Below are positions 50,137 through 60,549 of a stretch of 64,000 bases of DNA, one piece after another; within the stretch, counting starts at the first letter, position 1; every line of letters begins with the position of its first letter. The notes below the pieces were generated by a model, which was not told where the DNA came from, did not search any database, and was given only the letters and a program-made list of their open reading frames with translations. A program made the position numbers and the translations under genes. Location of the stretch: the NCBI GenBank assembly GCA_035450185.1, contig DAOTMG010000003.1:65562-129561 (forward strand), given 5' to 3'. This stretch comes from Syntrophales bacterium (lineage in GTDB: Bacteria > Desulfobacterota > Syntrophia > Syntrophales > UBA2192).

Positions 50137-51712
50137 ATGCCGTCTGCCGCTTCTGGATTTCGGCGATTACCCCGTGGACGCAGCGTTCCGGGTCCCGGGA
50201 CGTGTCGACGACAATGTGAGAACGGGCCGGGACCTCGTCGATCGCCTCGAAATCCCCTTTCTGGGCTCCCAGGAGGTCCGCCCGGCCGTCCGAAACCTCT
50301 CCCTTCTCGGACATCCTCGCCTTCAGCCTCTGCGTGATGAGCCGGTCGGGCAACCGGCATTCGAGGATGAAGAAATCCGCCTGGAGGTCTTTCGCCATTT
50401 GAGCGGCCTTCAGGCGTTCCGTCCTGCTTTTGAAGGAGGCGTCGATGATCACCGATTTCCCTGCTCTGAGCCTCGACGCAGCCGTTTCCAGGGCCCTGTC
50501 GTAGACCCGCCGCGAAACCTCTTCCGAGTAGATGCCCTTCCCGAATTCCTCGTAACGGTGCTCCCCGGGATCGATATGGAGCATCTCCTTCCTCACGACG
50601 TCCGTCCGGATGAGGTCGGCCCGGAGGAGAGAGGCGAGGCGGGAGGCCAGGATGCTTTTTCCCGTACCCATGAGTCCCGCCGTGAGGATCAGGGTCTTCC
50701 TTTCCGGTCGGGCGGCGTAAGCGTAGGCCAGATCGAAGTAACGGGAGGCGAGTTCTTTGGCCGCCTCCCGGTCCCGCTCCCCGATGCCCCGGTCGTCGAG
50801 GCGGAAGCTGATGACCTTGCCGCGGACATAGGCGTAGTAGGCCCTGTAGAAGTTGAGAAGCTTTACAAGCTCGATATCCGCGGAGTGACGGACGTAGGCA
50901 TCCACGAAGGCCGTCGCGTGATCGGGGTATCCGTTGAAGTCCAGGTCCATGGCCAGGAAGGCGACCTCGGCGGCTGCGTCGCCGAAGCGGAACCGCTCGT
51001 TGAACTCGATGCAGTCGAAGATGACGACGCCGTCGACGAGGCAGATGTGCTCGATGTGCAGGTCGCCATGACAGTCCCGGATGCGGTGCTCCCGCACGCG
51101 CCTTTCAAAAAGGGGACGATGCCTGTCCATGAATCCGTTGATGAAGGATTGGATGAAGCGGTATGTCTCACCGGGGATGGTGGTCCCGATGTATTTCTCG
51201 GTCTGCTCGAAGTTTTCGTCCTGGTTGTGCCTGATGACGGCCGGTGCGCCGTTTTCGTCGATGCGGCCCCCCGTATCCGCCTGCCGGTGAAAATCGGAAA
51301 CTTTCCGGGCGATCTTCTCCATGTCCGGAGGCGAGAACCTTCCCTCGGAGAGCAGCTTCTTGAGCATCCGGTCTGCCGGGAGCCTTCTCATTCGAACGGC
51401 GTACTCGATGATCCTTCCGCGGGGCTCCAGGTTGATGTTCCCGCCGGTATCCTCGGCGATCTCGACGACATCGAGATAGAAATCCGGCGCCAGCCGCCTG
51501 TTCAGCCGCAGTTCCTCCTCGCAGAAATGCTTTCTCTTTTCCAGGGAGGTGAAATCCAGGAAACCGAAATCGACGGCTTTCTTGACCTTGTAGACGTAAT
51601 CGCCCGCGAGAAAGATGAAGGAGATGTGGGTCTGGAGGGTTTCGACCTCCGGGGGCCGGTGAGGGTAAAACCCCGGCTTCGTCATCGCCTCAACCAGTCT
51701 CGGATGGGTCAT
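50135..51712 (-). CDS. Bifunctional aminoglycoside-phosphotransferase-like kinase domain / P-loop (AAA) ATP-binding protein
   Basis: N-terminal APH-like domain (..CHGDLHIEHICL..) and C-terminal LTAGLMGTGKS P-loop kinase domain; 525 aa. Confidence 0.75.
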   Translation of the reverse strand: MTHPRLVEAMTKPGFYPHRPPEVETLQTHISFIFLAGDYVYKVKKAVDFGFLDFTSLEKRKHFCEEELRLNRRLAPDFYLDVVEIAEDTGGNINLEPRGRIIEYAVRMRRLPADRMLKKLLSEGRFSPPDMEKIARKVSDFHRQADTGGRIDENGAPAVIRHNQDENFEQTEKYIGTTIPGETYRFIQSFINGFMDRHRPLFERRVREHRIRDCHGDLHIEHICLVDGVVIFDCIEFNERFRFGDAAAEVAFLAMDLDFNGYPDHATAFVDAYVRHSADIELVKLLNFYRAYYAYVRGKVISFRLDDRGIGERDREAAKELASRYFDLAYAYAARPERKTLILTAGLMGTGKSILASRLASLLRADLIRTDVVRKEMLHIDPGEHRYEEFGKGIYSEEVSRRVYDRALETAASRLRAGKSVIIDASFKSRTERLKAAQMAKDLQADFFILECRLPDRLITQRLKARMSEKGEVSDGRADLLGAQKGDFEAIDEVPARSHIVVDTSRDPERCVHGVIAEIQKRQTA

Positions 51713-51725
51713 GCCCCAACCTCCA

Positions 51726-52529
51726 TTATCGACCGCGGAAATCGGGTTTTCGCCTCTCCATGAAAGCCCGGACGGCCTCCTTCAAATCTTCCGAGGCGAA
51801 AAGAACCATGTTCTTGTGCATGGCCAGGGACATGCCGTCCTCCACCGTGGCGTGGCGGCTCATGTTCAGGACCTCCTTCGTGGCCTGGACAGCAAGAGGC
51901 GCATTCGCGGCAATCTGCAGTGCAAGGGCCCGTGCCCCCTCCATTAGGGCCTCCCGGTCGGGGTAGACGGCGCTCACAAGCCCCATCTTCTCGGCTTCCT
52001 TTGCGCTGTAGAAGCGGGCCGTGTAGGCCATCTCCCGGGTGAAGCCCTGTCCGATGACGTGCGGCAGGCGCTGGAGCACGCCCATGTCCGCCACGAGTCC
52101 CACGGCCGCCTCCCGCAGGGAGAACGAGGCGTCCCGGGTGCACAGGCGGATGTCGCAGGCCGAGACGATGTCCAGCCCCCCGCCGATGCAGGCCCCGTGA
52201 ACGGCGGCGATCACGGGCTTTCTGCAGGCCTCGATGAAATCGCAGCTGTCGAAGATGGACCGGAGCTTGTCGGGGAATTCTAGGCTCGCCTTCGGCGAAC
52301 CGTCGATTCCCGTCGAGGTAAAAGCCTTGAGGTCAAGCCCGGCGCAGAAGGCCTTGGCCCGGCTGCACAGGATGGCAACCCTCACATCGTCGCGAGCACC
52401 CGCCTCGCGAAATACGGCCGCGATCTCGGCCGAGAAAGGGACGTCGAGGGCGTTGAGGCTTTCTGTTTTCGACAGCGTCACCGTGGCGACATTATCTTTG
52501 ACCTGCAAGTCAATGAATCGGTAGGACAT
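51726..52529 (-). CDS. Enoyl-CoA hydratase/isomerase (crotonase) family
   Basis: ..LNAL......E........D..VRVAIL.....AFCAGLDLK.. and GACIGGGLD oxyanion-hole motifs. Confidence 0.85.
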   Translation of the reverse strand: MSYRFIDLQVKDNVATVTLSKTESLNALDVPFSAEIAAVFREAGARDDVRVAILCSRAKAFCAGLDLKAFTSTGIDGSPKASLEFPDKLRSIFDSCDFIEACRKPVIAAVHGACIGGGLDIVSACDIRLCTRDASFSLREAAVGLVADMGVLQRLPHVIGQGFTREMAYTARFYSAKEAEKMGLVSAVYPDREALMEGARALALQIAANAPLAVQATKEVLNMSRHATVEDGMSLAMHKNMVLFASEDLKEAVRAFMERRKPDFRGR

Positions 52530-52572
52530 CGTTTCCTCCTACGGCCTGAAGGGCTTGGTATTGGTATCGGGT

Positions 52573-53676
52573 TCAGGGTAAAGGGTCCGGGTTCTGCTGC
52601 AATTGTGACCGATCTTCCGAACTTCTCATCTTCTCAACCTCCGTCCCGTCCCCGTGCCGGCCCGAGAGCTGTCCGCAGGCGGCGAGGATGTCCTGGCCGC
52701 AGCTCTTCCGAATGACGGCCGTGTAATGGTGATCCACGAGGACTTTCCGGAACGCCTCGACGGTCTTCTTCGAGGGGGCCCGGTAGGGGGTGCCGGGGAA
52801 TTCATTGAAGGGTATGAGGTTGAACTTGCACTTCATGCCCCTGAACAGCCGGACGAGTTTTTTCGCGTGTTCCGGGGAGGCGTTGATACCGTCGATGAGG
52901 ATGTACTCGAAGGTGATCCGGCGGCGCCTCGGCATGGGGTAGTCCCGGCAGGCCCGGACCAGCGTCTCCAGCGGGTATTTCCTGTTGACGGGCATGAGGG
53001 CATTCCGCGTGGTGTCGTCCGGCGCGTTGAGGGAGACGGCGAGATTGACGCAGACGTCCTCGCCGAGTTTCAGGATCATGGGCGGGATTCCGCAGGTGGA
53101 CAGGGTGATCCGCCGGCTGGAGAAGGCCAGGCCGTCGTCGCAGTTCATGATCCGGATGGCCTTGAGGGTGTTTTCGTAGTTCGCGAGGGGCTCTCCCATG
53201 CCCATGAGGACGATGTTCCCGACCTTCTTCCCTTCCTCCATGGCAAAACGGACCCGGGTGACCTGGTCGACGATTTCCGACGGCAGAAGGTCCCTGCTGA
53301 AACCCGACAGCCCCGTCAGGCAGAACGTGCACCCCATCCGGCAGCCCGCCTGCGTGGAGACGCACTGTGTCCAGTGATTTCTCCCCGGGATGAGAACGCC
53401 CTCGATGGGAAGCCCGTCCTCCAGGCGGAAAAGGATCTTGATCGTGCCGTCCGAGGAAATCCGGGTAGCGGCGATCCGGAGGGAACTGATCCGCGCGATG
53501 TTCTTCATCTGTGCACGGAATTCCTTGGAGAGGTTCGTCATCTCGTCAAAGGAGACGGCCCCCTGCCGGTAGATCCACTTCAGGATCTGCCGCGCCCGGT
53601 ATTTTTCCTTGCCGTGTTTCGCGACGAAGGTCTCGATCTCGCCGAGAGTCATGTCCTTAATATTGGCATAGGGCAT
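52573..53676 (-). CDS. rlmN: 23S rRNA/tRNA (adenine-C2)-methyltransferase RlmN (radical SAM)
   Basis: YRARQILKWIY, CVSTQAGCRMGCTFCLTG (CX3CX2C), MGMGEPL, ..SCGQL. ATG 53676 taken (the track's TTG 53685 lies in the repeat). No clear SD. Confidence 0.85.
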   Translation of the reverse strand: MPYANIKDMTLGEIETFVAKHGKEKYRARQILKWIYRQGAVSFDEMTNLSKEFRAQMKNIARISSLRIAATRISSDGTIKILFRLEDGLPIEGVLIPGRNHWTQCVSTQAGCRMGCTFCLTGLSGFSRDLLPSEIVDQVTRVRFAMEEGKKVGNIVLMGMGEPLANYENTLKAIRIMNCDDGLAFSSRRITLSTCGIPPMILKLGEDVCVNLAVSLNAPDDTTRNALMPVNRKYPLETLVRACRDYPMPRRRRITFEYILIDGINASPEHAKKLVRLFRGMKCKFNLIPFNEFPGTPYRAPSKKTVEAFRKVLVDHHYTAVIRKSCGQDILAACGQLSGRHGDGTEVEKMRSSEDRSQLQQNPDPLP

Positions 53677-53704
53677 AAGGCGCAAGGCGCAAGGCGCAAG
53701 GCTA
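53677..53704. repeat. Heptamer array (AAGGCGC)x3 + AAGGCTA abutting the rlmN start codon
   Basis: aaggcgc aaggcgc aaggcgc aaggcta, immediately 5' (gene sense) of the rlmN ATG. Confidence 0.85.
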
Positions 53705-53718
53705 ATGGATCCTCGAAT

Positions 53719-53760
53719 GATGAGTTATGAATTTTGAGTTTTGAGTTTCTCAAATTCATT
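53719..53760. repeat. AT-rich 8-nt-periodic repeats (TTTTGAGT family)
   Basis: atgagttatgaattttgagttttgagtttctcaaattcatt. Confidence 0.7.
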
Positions 53761-53808
53761 CTTGTTTTGTTCTTGTTAACCGCTGTTCACTTGCCACTGA
53801 CCACTGTC

Positions 53809-55035
53809 TTATTTGCGGCCGAAGCTTCGCTCCAGCCTCTCGGCGATCGCATGGATGAACCCTTCCGTCGTGACCTGCCTGTTCGAGGGGCTCTTCCTCG
53901 CAACGTTCAGAAGGTCGCCGGTCATGACGCCGCTCTCCACCGTCCGAATCGCCGCCTTCTCGAGCCTGTCGGCGAAACGGACAACGCCGGGCGTGCCGTC
54001 GAGCTCCCCGCGCTTGCGCAGGCAACCCGTCCAGGCGAAGATCAGGGCCATGGAATTCGTGGAGGTCGCCTCTCCCTTCAGGTGTTTGTAGTAATGTTTC
54101 TGAACGGTACCGTGGGCGGCTTCGTATTCGAAATGCCCCCGCGGCGAGACGAGAACGGAGGTCATCATGGCGAGGCTCCCGAAGGCAGAGGCGATCAGGT
54201 CGGACATGACGTCGCCGTCGTAGTTCTTCAGGGCCCAGAGGATCCCCCCTTCGGACCGGATGATCCTTGCCGCCGCGTCGTCGATGAGGGTGAAGAAGTA
54301 CCGGATCCCCGCCGTCTCAAACTTCTCCTTCCAGTTCTTTTCGTACTCCCCTTCGAAGATGTTCCGGAAGCGGGCATCGTAGGTCTTCGAGATGGTGTCC
54401 TTCGTGCTGAACCAGAGGTCCGTCTTCTGGTCGAGGGCGAAGGTGAAGCAGGCGCGGGCGAATGCCGTGATGGATTCGTCGGAATTGTGGATGCCCTGCA
54501 GGATCCCCGGCCCCTTGAAGTCTCTGATCTTCACCCTGAACGGCTTTCCATCGGCGGGCGTGAACAGAAGCTCGGCCCTGCCTGCACCGCGTACCCGGAT
54601 CTCCACGTTGTCGTAAACGTCGCCGTAGGCGTGTCTACCGACGGTGATGGGCTTTTTCCACGCCGGCACGAAGGGCCGGATGTTTTTCACGAGGATCGGT
54701 TTCCTGAAGACCGTCCCGTCCAGCATTGCACGGATCGTCGCGTTCGGGCTCTTCCACATCTTCTTGAGGCCGTACTCCCCGACGCGGTCCTGGTTGGGCG
54801 TGATGGTGGCGCATTTCACGCCCACCCCGTGCTGCAGGATGGCTTTAGCGGCGTCGACCGTCACGCGATCGTCCGTATCGTCACGATGCTTGACGTGGAG
54901 GTCGTAGTAACGGATATCCATGTCCAGGTAGGGGAAGAGGAGGTTTTCCTTGACCATCTTCCACATGACCCGGGTCATTTCGTCGCCGTCCATCTCCACG
55001 ATGGGGTTCTTTACCTTGATCTTGTCATATACCAT
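53809..55035 (-). CDS. icd: NADP-dependent isocitrate dehydrogenase (eukaryote-like ~408-aa type)
   Basis: [19 protein letters not shown]..., KCATITP, GTVFR.PI, YDGDV.SD motifs of the IDH1/2-like subfamily. Confidence 0.9.
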   Translation of the reverse strand: MVYDKIKVKNPIVEMDGDEMTRVMWKMVKENLLFPYLDMDIRYYDLHVKHRDDTDDRVTVDAAKAILQHGVGVKCATITPNQDRVGEYGLKKMWKSPNATIRAMLDGTVFRKPILVKNIRPFVPAWKKPITVGRHAYGDVYDNVEIRVRGAGRAELLFTPADGKPFRVKIRDFKGPGILQGIHNSDESITAFARACFTFALDQKTDLWFSTKDTISKTYDARFRNIFEGEYEKNWKEKFETAGIRYFFTLIDDAAARIIRSEGGILWALKNYDGDVMSDLIASAFGSLAMMTSVLVSPRGHFEYEAAHGTVQKHYYKHLKGEATSTNSMALIFAWTGCLRKRGELDGTPGVVRFADRLEKAAIRTVESGVMTGDLLNVARKSPSNRQVTTEGFIHAIAERLERSFGRK

Positions 55036-55084
55036 GGACTGCTCATCCTTTTCACACTCCCCGCTGTTTCACACATGATGAAGG

Positions 55085-57076
55085 TCACGGGCCTTTGAGC
55101 CGACGGCTTCTTTTCCCGTCCCCGGACCCTGATGCTCTCGTTTTCACCATATTCAAAGCGCCTCCGGCGAGCAGGATGTCTCTCTGCCTCCGGGAGAGGC
55201 TGCAGGCGGCTTTGAAATCGGTTTCCTTCGTCGTGTTCCGGACGACGATCTCTCCGCCGTTTTCGATGATCCGCCGGATGCCGGGGATCGCGAGTCCGTC
55301 CCCCTGTGCGATCCCGTCATAGGCTTTCCCGTCTTTGAAGGTCAGGGGCAGGATGCCGAAGTTGATGAGGTTGGCCGCGTGGATCCGCTCGAAGGACCTG
55401 GCGATCACGGCCTTGACGCCGAGATACATGGGGCAGAGAGCCGCGTGCTCCCGGGAAGAGCCCTGTCCGTACGAAAGGCCCGCGACGATGAGGTTGTGCC
55501 TGCCGGCCTTCCGGTTTTTCATCGCCCGCCTGTAAAACTCCCTGTCCAGGGATTCGAAGACGTACTCCGCATATCTGGGGATGTTGGAGCGGTACTTCAT
55601 CCTCGCGCCCGCGGGCATGATATGATCCGTCGTGATCTTGTCGCCCACCTTGATGGTCACCTCGCCCTCAATGTCTGCCGGTAGCGGATTGTTTTCCGGC
55701 GGAGGACCGATGTTCGGTCCGCGGACGATCACGGCGGCAGCCCTGACCGCGGGCGGTTCGGGCCGGATGATCATGTCATCGTTGACGTGAAAACGCTCCG
55801 GCATTTCCGCGGCGGGGTATGGCATGGAGAGTTCCCTCGGGTCGAGAAGCTTACCTGTGATCGCGGCAGCCGCTGCCGTCTCGGGGCTTGAGAGGTAGAC
55901 CTCGGCGTCCTCCGTACCGGACCGGCCGGGGAAATTGCGATTCGATGTGCGTATCGATACACCGCTCGACTCCGGGCTGTGACTTGCGCCGATGCAGAAT
56001 CCGCAGGTACTCTCGGTCAGCCTCGCGCCGGCGGCGAGGAGATCGGAAAGGTAGCCGTTGTCTGCCAGGTTTTCCAGAACCTGCTTGGAGCCCGGGGTGA
56101 TCACCAGACTCACCCCCTCGTGAACGTGTCGGCCCCGGAGGATCTTCGCGACGGTCACAAGGTCCTTGTAGGAGGAGTTCGTACAGCTCCCGATGCAGAC
56201 CTGGCTGACGGGGATTCCGCCGGCTGCCGTCACGGGGCTCACGTTGTCCGGGCTGTGGGGTTTTGCCACCATGGGGACAAGTTCCGGAAGATGGATCTCG
56301 ACGGTCCGTTCATAGACCGCACCGGGGTCCGCCTGGATCTCGGACCAGTCCTGTTCCCGGCCTTCGGCGCGCAGGAACCGTCTCGTCATACCGTCGCTGG
56401 GAAAGACGGAGGTCGTCACCCCGCACTCGGCGCCCATGTTGGCGATGGTTGCCCTCTCCGGGACGGAGAGCGTGGAGAGGCCGTCGCCGCCGTATTCGAA
56501 GACAGTCCCCACATTGCCCTTGGTGCTGAAGATATCCAGGACCTTGAGGATGATGTCCTTGGCCGACACCCAGGGCTGGAGCCGGCCCGTCAGGTTGATG
56601 CGGATCACCCGGGGGCATTCGAAGTAAAACGGCTCCCCCGCCATGGCAAGCGCCACGTCGAGACCGCCGGCCCCCATGGCGAGCATTCCCAGGGCCCCCG
56701 CCGTGGAGGTGTGGCTGTCCGACCCGAGGAGGGTCTTACCCGGTTTGCCGAAACGCTCGAGGTGGACCTGGTGGCAGATTCCGTTTCCCGCGCGGGAGAA
56801 ATAGATGCCGTATCTCCTTGCCACGCTCTGGAGATAGCGGTGGTCATCGGCGTTTTCGAAGCCGATCTGGATCGTATTGTGATCTACGTAGCTGACCGAC
56901 AGCTCCGTCTTCACCCCGTCGATTTTCATGGCCTCGAACTGCAGGTAGGCCATGGTGCCCGTAGCATCCTGGGTGAGCGTCTGGTCGATCCTTACGGCGA
57001 TCTCCTCCCCGGGTGCAAAACGGCCGGAGACCAGGCGGCTTTCAATGATTTTCTGCGTGATCGTCTTTCCCATCAT
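55085..57076 (-). CDS. acn: Aconitate hydratase (~660-aa mitochondrial/Aquifex-like type)
   Basis: MMGKTITQKII.., GSDSHT, GSCTNSSY, CGFCIG cluster ligands, C-terminal swivel domain GQGSSREHAA. N-terminal 30 codons of the track ORF not supported. Confidence 0.85.
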   Translation of the reverse strand: MMGKTITQKIIESRLVSGRFAPGEEIAVRIDQTLTQDATGTMAYLQFEAMKIDGVKTELSVSYVDHNTIQIGFENADDHRYLQSVARRYGIYFSRAGNGICHQVHLERFGKPGKTLLGSDSHTSTAGALGMLAMGAGGLDVALAMAGEPFYFECPRVIRINLTGRLQPWVSAKDIILKVLDIFSTKGNVGTVFEYGGDGLSTLSVPERATIANMGAECGVTTSVFPSDGMTRRFLRAEGREQDWSEIQADPGAVYERTVEIHLPELVPMVAKPHSPDNVSPVTAAGGIPVSQVCIGSCTNSSYKDLVTVAKILRGRHVHEGVSLVITPGSKQVLENLADNGYLSDLLAAGARLTESTCGFCIGASHSPESSGVSIRTSNRNFPGRSGTEDAEVYLSSPETAAAAAITGKLLDPRELSMPYPAAEMPERFHVNDDMIIRPEPPAVRAAAVIVRGPNIGPPPENNPLPADIEGEVTIKVGDKITTDHIMPAGARMKYRSNIPRYAEYVFESLDREFYRRAMKNRKAGRHNLIVAGLSYGQGSSREHAALCPMYLGVKAVIARSFERIHAANLINFGILPLTFKDGKAYDGIAQGDGLAIPGIRRIIENGGEIVVRNTTKETDFKAACSLSRRQRDILLAGGALNMVKTRASGSGDGKRSRRLKGP

Positions 57077-57230
57077 CGTCTTCGATCGAATCAGGTCCGT
57101 TGACTTTTTCAATCCTATAAGGTTCCGACGTTTTTGTAAACAATTCACCGGTTGAATGGAGGGCAACTTTATTTCTTCACGCCCGCATTTTCAACTTATT
57201 TTTGCGATCCTCCGCCCGGAAAATTGCCCC

Positions 57231-57260
57231 TTGAAAATTACGGGGTCCCGGGATTAGAAT
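57231..57260 (+). promoter_or_regulatory. Sigma70-like promoter candidate upstream of the DUF360-mutS pair
   Basis: TTGAAA (57231-57236), 18-nt spacer, TAGAAT (57255-57260). Confidence 0.45.
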
Positions 57261-57398
57261 CCCCTGGAACCGTCAAAGGACGAAACGGGGGTTCCCGCCC
57301 GTTCTTCCCTCCCGAAGACTCCGGCACCTGTCGCACAACACCCGGCATGCCCGATCGCTGTTCCGCCGGGTGCACTTTCTCGATAAAGGAGGAACATC

Positions 57399-57809
57399 AT
57401 GACCGGTCTTCTCATCCGCTGGCTTGTCCTGACGGCGGCCATCCTGGCGGCATCCTACCTGCTCGACGGAATCACCGTCACCGGTTTCGGCTCCGCCCTG
57501 GCGGCCGCCGCCATCCTGGGCGTGCTGAACGTCATACTCCGTCCCGTGATCATCATCTTGACCCTTCCTGTCAATATTTTGACGCTAGGGCTCTTCACTT
57601 TCGTCATCAATGCCGCCCTCCTGATGCTCGTCTCGAGCCTCATCCCCGGCTTCGACGTCCGCGGTTTCTGGCCCGCCCTGTGGGGTTCGATCGTCATCAG
57701 CATCGTGAGCTGGCTGCTGACGGTCTTCATCAGTGACCGCGGCAGGGTTGTCTACATCCGGGATGAAAGGGCCGTCGATCTCAAGAAGCGGGGAGACAGG
57801 TGGGAATGA
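57399..57809 (+). CDS. Phage-holin-4_2/DUF360 family membrane protein (YvlD-like)
   Basis: 136 aa, 4 TM; LLDGITV.GF..A..AA..LG.LN...RP....LTLP...LTLGLF..V.NA pattern. AGGAGG SD. Confidence 0.75.
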   Translation: MTGLLIRWLVLTAAILAASYLLDGITVTGFGSALAAAAILGVLNVILRPVIIILTLPVNILTLGLFTFVINAALLMLVSSLIPGFDVRGFWPALWGSIVISIVSWLLTVFISDRGRVVYIRDERAVDLKKRGDRWE

Positions 57810-60427
57810 CGAGCCTCACGCCGGCCATGCGGCAGTACCTCGAGATCAAGGAGAAGCACAAGGACTGCATCCTCTTCTTCCGGATGGGTGATTTCTACGA
57901 GATGTTCTTCGAGGATGCCGTCGTGGCCTCGAAGGCCCTGGAGATCACGCTGACATCCCGGAACAAGGGCAGGGAGGACAGCATCCCCCTCTGCGGTGTC
58001 CCCTACCACGCGGCTTCTTCCTACATTGCCCGGCTGATCGACAAAGGATTCAAGGTGGCCATCTGCGAGCAGGTGGAGGATCCGCGGACGGCGAAGGGGA
58101 TCGTCAGGCGGGAGGTCGTCCGCATCGTCACCCCCGGGCTCGTCGTCGACGCGGAGAACCTGGCAGCCAAGGAGAATAACTTCCTGGCGGGGATCGCCCT
58201 TCGGGGTTCTCACTTCGGTCTCGCCTTTATCGACATCTCGACGGGCGATTTCTGGGTGACGGAGTCGGAGGACCGGGATTTCTTCCTCGACGAGGTGATC
58301 GGCCACGGCTTCAGAGAGATCCTCCTCGAGGAGTCCCTGAAAGGAAGCCCGTTTCAGAAAGCCCTTTCCAGGGACCTCGGGGCCTGCGTCGTCAACTATT
58401 TCCCGCCGGAGTACTTCGAGCCGGCCGCTTCGGAAACGATCCTCCGGAGTTACTTCCCTCCGGAGACCCTCTCACGGATCAACGCCGCCGGGCGCCCGGC
58501 CATGACATCCGCGGCGGGAGCCGTTCTTCGCTACGTCAGGGAAACCCAGAAGGAAGACGTCGCCCACGTGAGCGACATCCGCTGGTATCAGGCCGGGAAC
58601 TTCCTCATCCTGGATGAAAACGCACGGAGCAACCTGGAACTCTTCGCGACGATCCAGGGCGGCCGCAGGGAGGGATCCCTCTTTCACGTGCTCGATGAGA
58701 CGGTGACGGCCATGGGCGGACGGCGGCTCCGCTGGTGGCTCGCCCACCCCCTGGTTGCGCCGGAGCGCATCCGGGAGCGTCTTGCGGCCGTCTCGGAGAT
58801 CAAGGACAGGCACCTGCCCCGGCGCGATCTGAGAGAGACGCTCAAGGGCATCTACGACCTCGAACGTCTGGCGGGCAGGATATCCATCGGGGCGGCGAAC
58901 GCCCGGGACCTGAACGCTCTCAAGGCATCGATCATCACACTGCCGGCGATCAAAAAGCTTCTCCAGGAATACGATTCCTCTCTGATGAAAGATGTCCGCG
59001 AGGGGATCGATGAGATGCCCGATATCGCCGGCCTCATCGCCGCGGCCATCGCCGACGATCCGCCGATGACGATCCGGGAAGGCGGCATCATTCGGGAGGG
59101 TTACGACAGCGAGCTCGACGGGCTCATCTCCGTTACCCGGGACGGCAGACGCTGGATCGCGGCACTGGAGGAAAGAGAAAAAAAACGCACGGGGATCCCG
59201 TCTCTCAAGGTGGGGTTCAACAATGTTTTCGGCTATTACATCGAGGTGACGAAAGCCCACAGCCGCGCCGTTCCCGGGGACTACGTCCGGAAACAGACCC
59301 TGGTCAATGCCGAGCGTTACATCAACGAGGAACTCAAGGGACACGAGACCACCGTCCTCAACGCCGACGAGAAACGGAGACAGCGGGAGTACGATCTCTT
59401 CATCGGGGTCCGGGACGAAATCGCCCGCCACGTCCGCCGGATCCAGTCGACGGCCTCGAAGCTGGCCGACCTCGATGCCGTCGCCTCCCTGGCCGAAGTC
59501 GCCGAGCGTTACAACTACCGGATGCCGAGTGTCGATGACGGTGACATCGTCGAGATCCGGGAGGGGCGGCATCCCGTCGTGGAGCGGATGCCCCATCCCG
59601 AAAGCTTCGTGCCCAACGATACCTGCCTCGACCTCGAGAAGAACCGCTTCCTGATCATCACGGGCCCGAACATGGCCGGGAAGTCCACTTACATCCGGCA
59701 GGTGGCCCTCATCGTGATCCTGGCCCAGATGGGGAGCTTCGTGCCGGCCGGGGAGGCGAGGATCGGTGTCGTGGACCGGATCTTCACGCGCGTCGGTGCC
59801 GCCGACAGCCTGGCCCGCGGCCAGAGCACCTTCATGGTCGAGATGACGGAGGTCGCAAGCATTCTCCGGAACGCCACCTCGCGCAGCCTCATCCTCCTGG
59901 ACGAGGTGGGGAGGGGCACGAGCACCTTCGACGGCCTGAGTATCGCCTGGGCCGTGGCGGAGTTCATTCACGACTCGGAGCGACTGGGGGCCCGGACCCT
60001 TTTCGCCACCCACTATCACCAGCTGACCGATATGGCCCTGACCCGCGACGGGGTCCGGAATTACTACGTGGCCGTCAAGGAGTGGGGGGACCGGGTCATC
60101 TTCCTGCGGAAGATCATGAAGGGCTCGACGAACCGGAGCTACGGCATCGCCGTCGCTCGCCTCGCCGGCGTGCCCGACGACGTGATCCTCCGCGCCCGGG
60201 AGGTCCTGGAAAACCTCGAGAAGGGGGAGTTCGACGAAATCGGCATGCCCACCATCGCCCGCCGCAGAAAGGAAGCACGCGGATCCCGCACCGGTCAACT
60301 GAGTCTCTTTGCCGAAGAGGAGAGCGTCGTCCTGGGGGAAATCGCGTCTACGGATGTGAACGCCCTCACGCCTATGGAGGCCATAAATCTCATAGCGGAT
60401 TGGAAGGAGCGACTGAATAAAAAATAG
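57800..60427 (+). CDS. mutS: DNA mismatch repair protein MutS
   Basis: [54 protein letters not shown]; 875 aa; overlaps the preceding gene by 10 nt. Confidence 0.95.
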   Translation: MGMTSLTPAMRQYLEIKEKHKDCILFFRMGDFYEMFFEDAVVASKALEITLTSRNKGREDSIPLCGVPYHAASSYIARLIDKGFKVAICEQVEDPRTAKGIVRREVVRIVTPGLVVDAENLAAKENNFLAGIALRGSHFGLAFIDISTGDFWVTESEDRDFFLDEVIGHGFREILLEESLKGSPFQKALSRDLGACVVNYFPPEYFEPAASETILRSYFPPETLSRINAAGRPAMTSAAGAVLRYVRETQKEDVAHVSDIRWYQAGNFLILDENARSNLELFATIQGGRREGSLFHVLDETVTAMGGRRLRWWLAHPLVAPERIRERLAAVSEIKDRHLPRRDLRETLKGIYDLERLAGRISIGAANARDLNALKASIITLPAIKKLLQEYDSSLMKDVREGIDEMPDIAGLIAAAIADDPPMTIREGGIIREGYDSELDGLISVTRDGRRWIAALEEREKKRTGIPSLKVGFNNVFGYYIEVTKAHSRAVPGDYVRKQTLVNAERYINEELKGHETTVLNADEKRRQREYDLFIGVRDEIARHVRRIQSTASKLADLDAVASLAEVAERYNYRMPSVDDGDIVEIREGRHPVVERMPHPESFVPNDTCLDLEKNRFLIITGPNMAGKSTYIRQVALIVILAQMGSFVPAGEARIGVVDRIFTRVGAADSLARGQSTFMVEMTEVASILRNATSRSLILLDEVGRGTSTFDGLSIAWAVAEFIHDSERLGARTLFATHYHQLTDMALTRDGVRNYYVAVKEWGDRVIFLRKIMKGSTNRSYGIAVARLAGVPDDVILRAREVLENLEKGEFDEIGMPTIARRRKEARGSRTGQLSLFAEEESVVLGEIASTDVNALTPMEAINLIADWKERLNKK

Positions 60428-60467
60428 GATTCCGGATTCAGGATGCGGGCTTCAGGATAGAAGAAGA

Positions 60468-60501
60468 GGGCGGAAGATCATGTTTTCCGCCCTTATTTTT
60501 T
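60468..60501 (+). terminator. Intrinsic terminator after mutS
   Basis: GGGCGGAA / TTCCGCCC stem followed by TTATTTTTT. Confidence 0.65.
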
Positions 60502-60510
60502 ACTTATGTT

Positions 60511-60549
60511 GCGCCTTGAGCCTTTTGCCTGACGCCTTGCGCCTGCCTT
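60511..60549. repeat. Heptamer-type (GCGCCTT) repeats
   Basis: gcgcctt gagcctt ttgcct gacgcctt gcgcct gcctta between convergent mutS and gspE-like genes. Confidence 0.7.
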
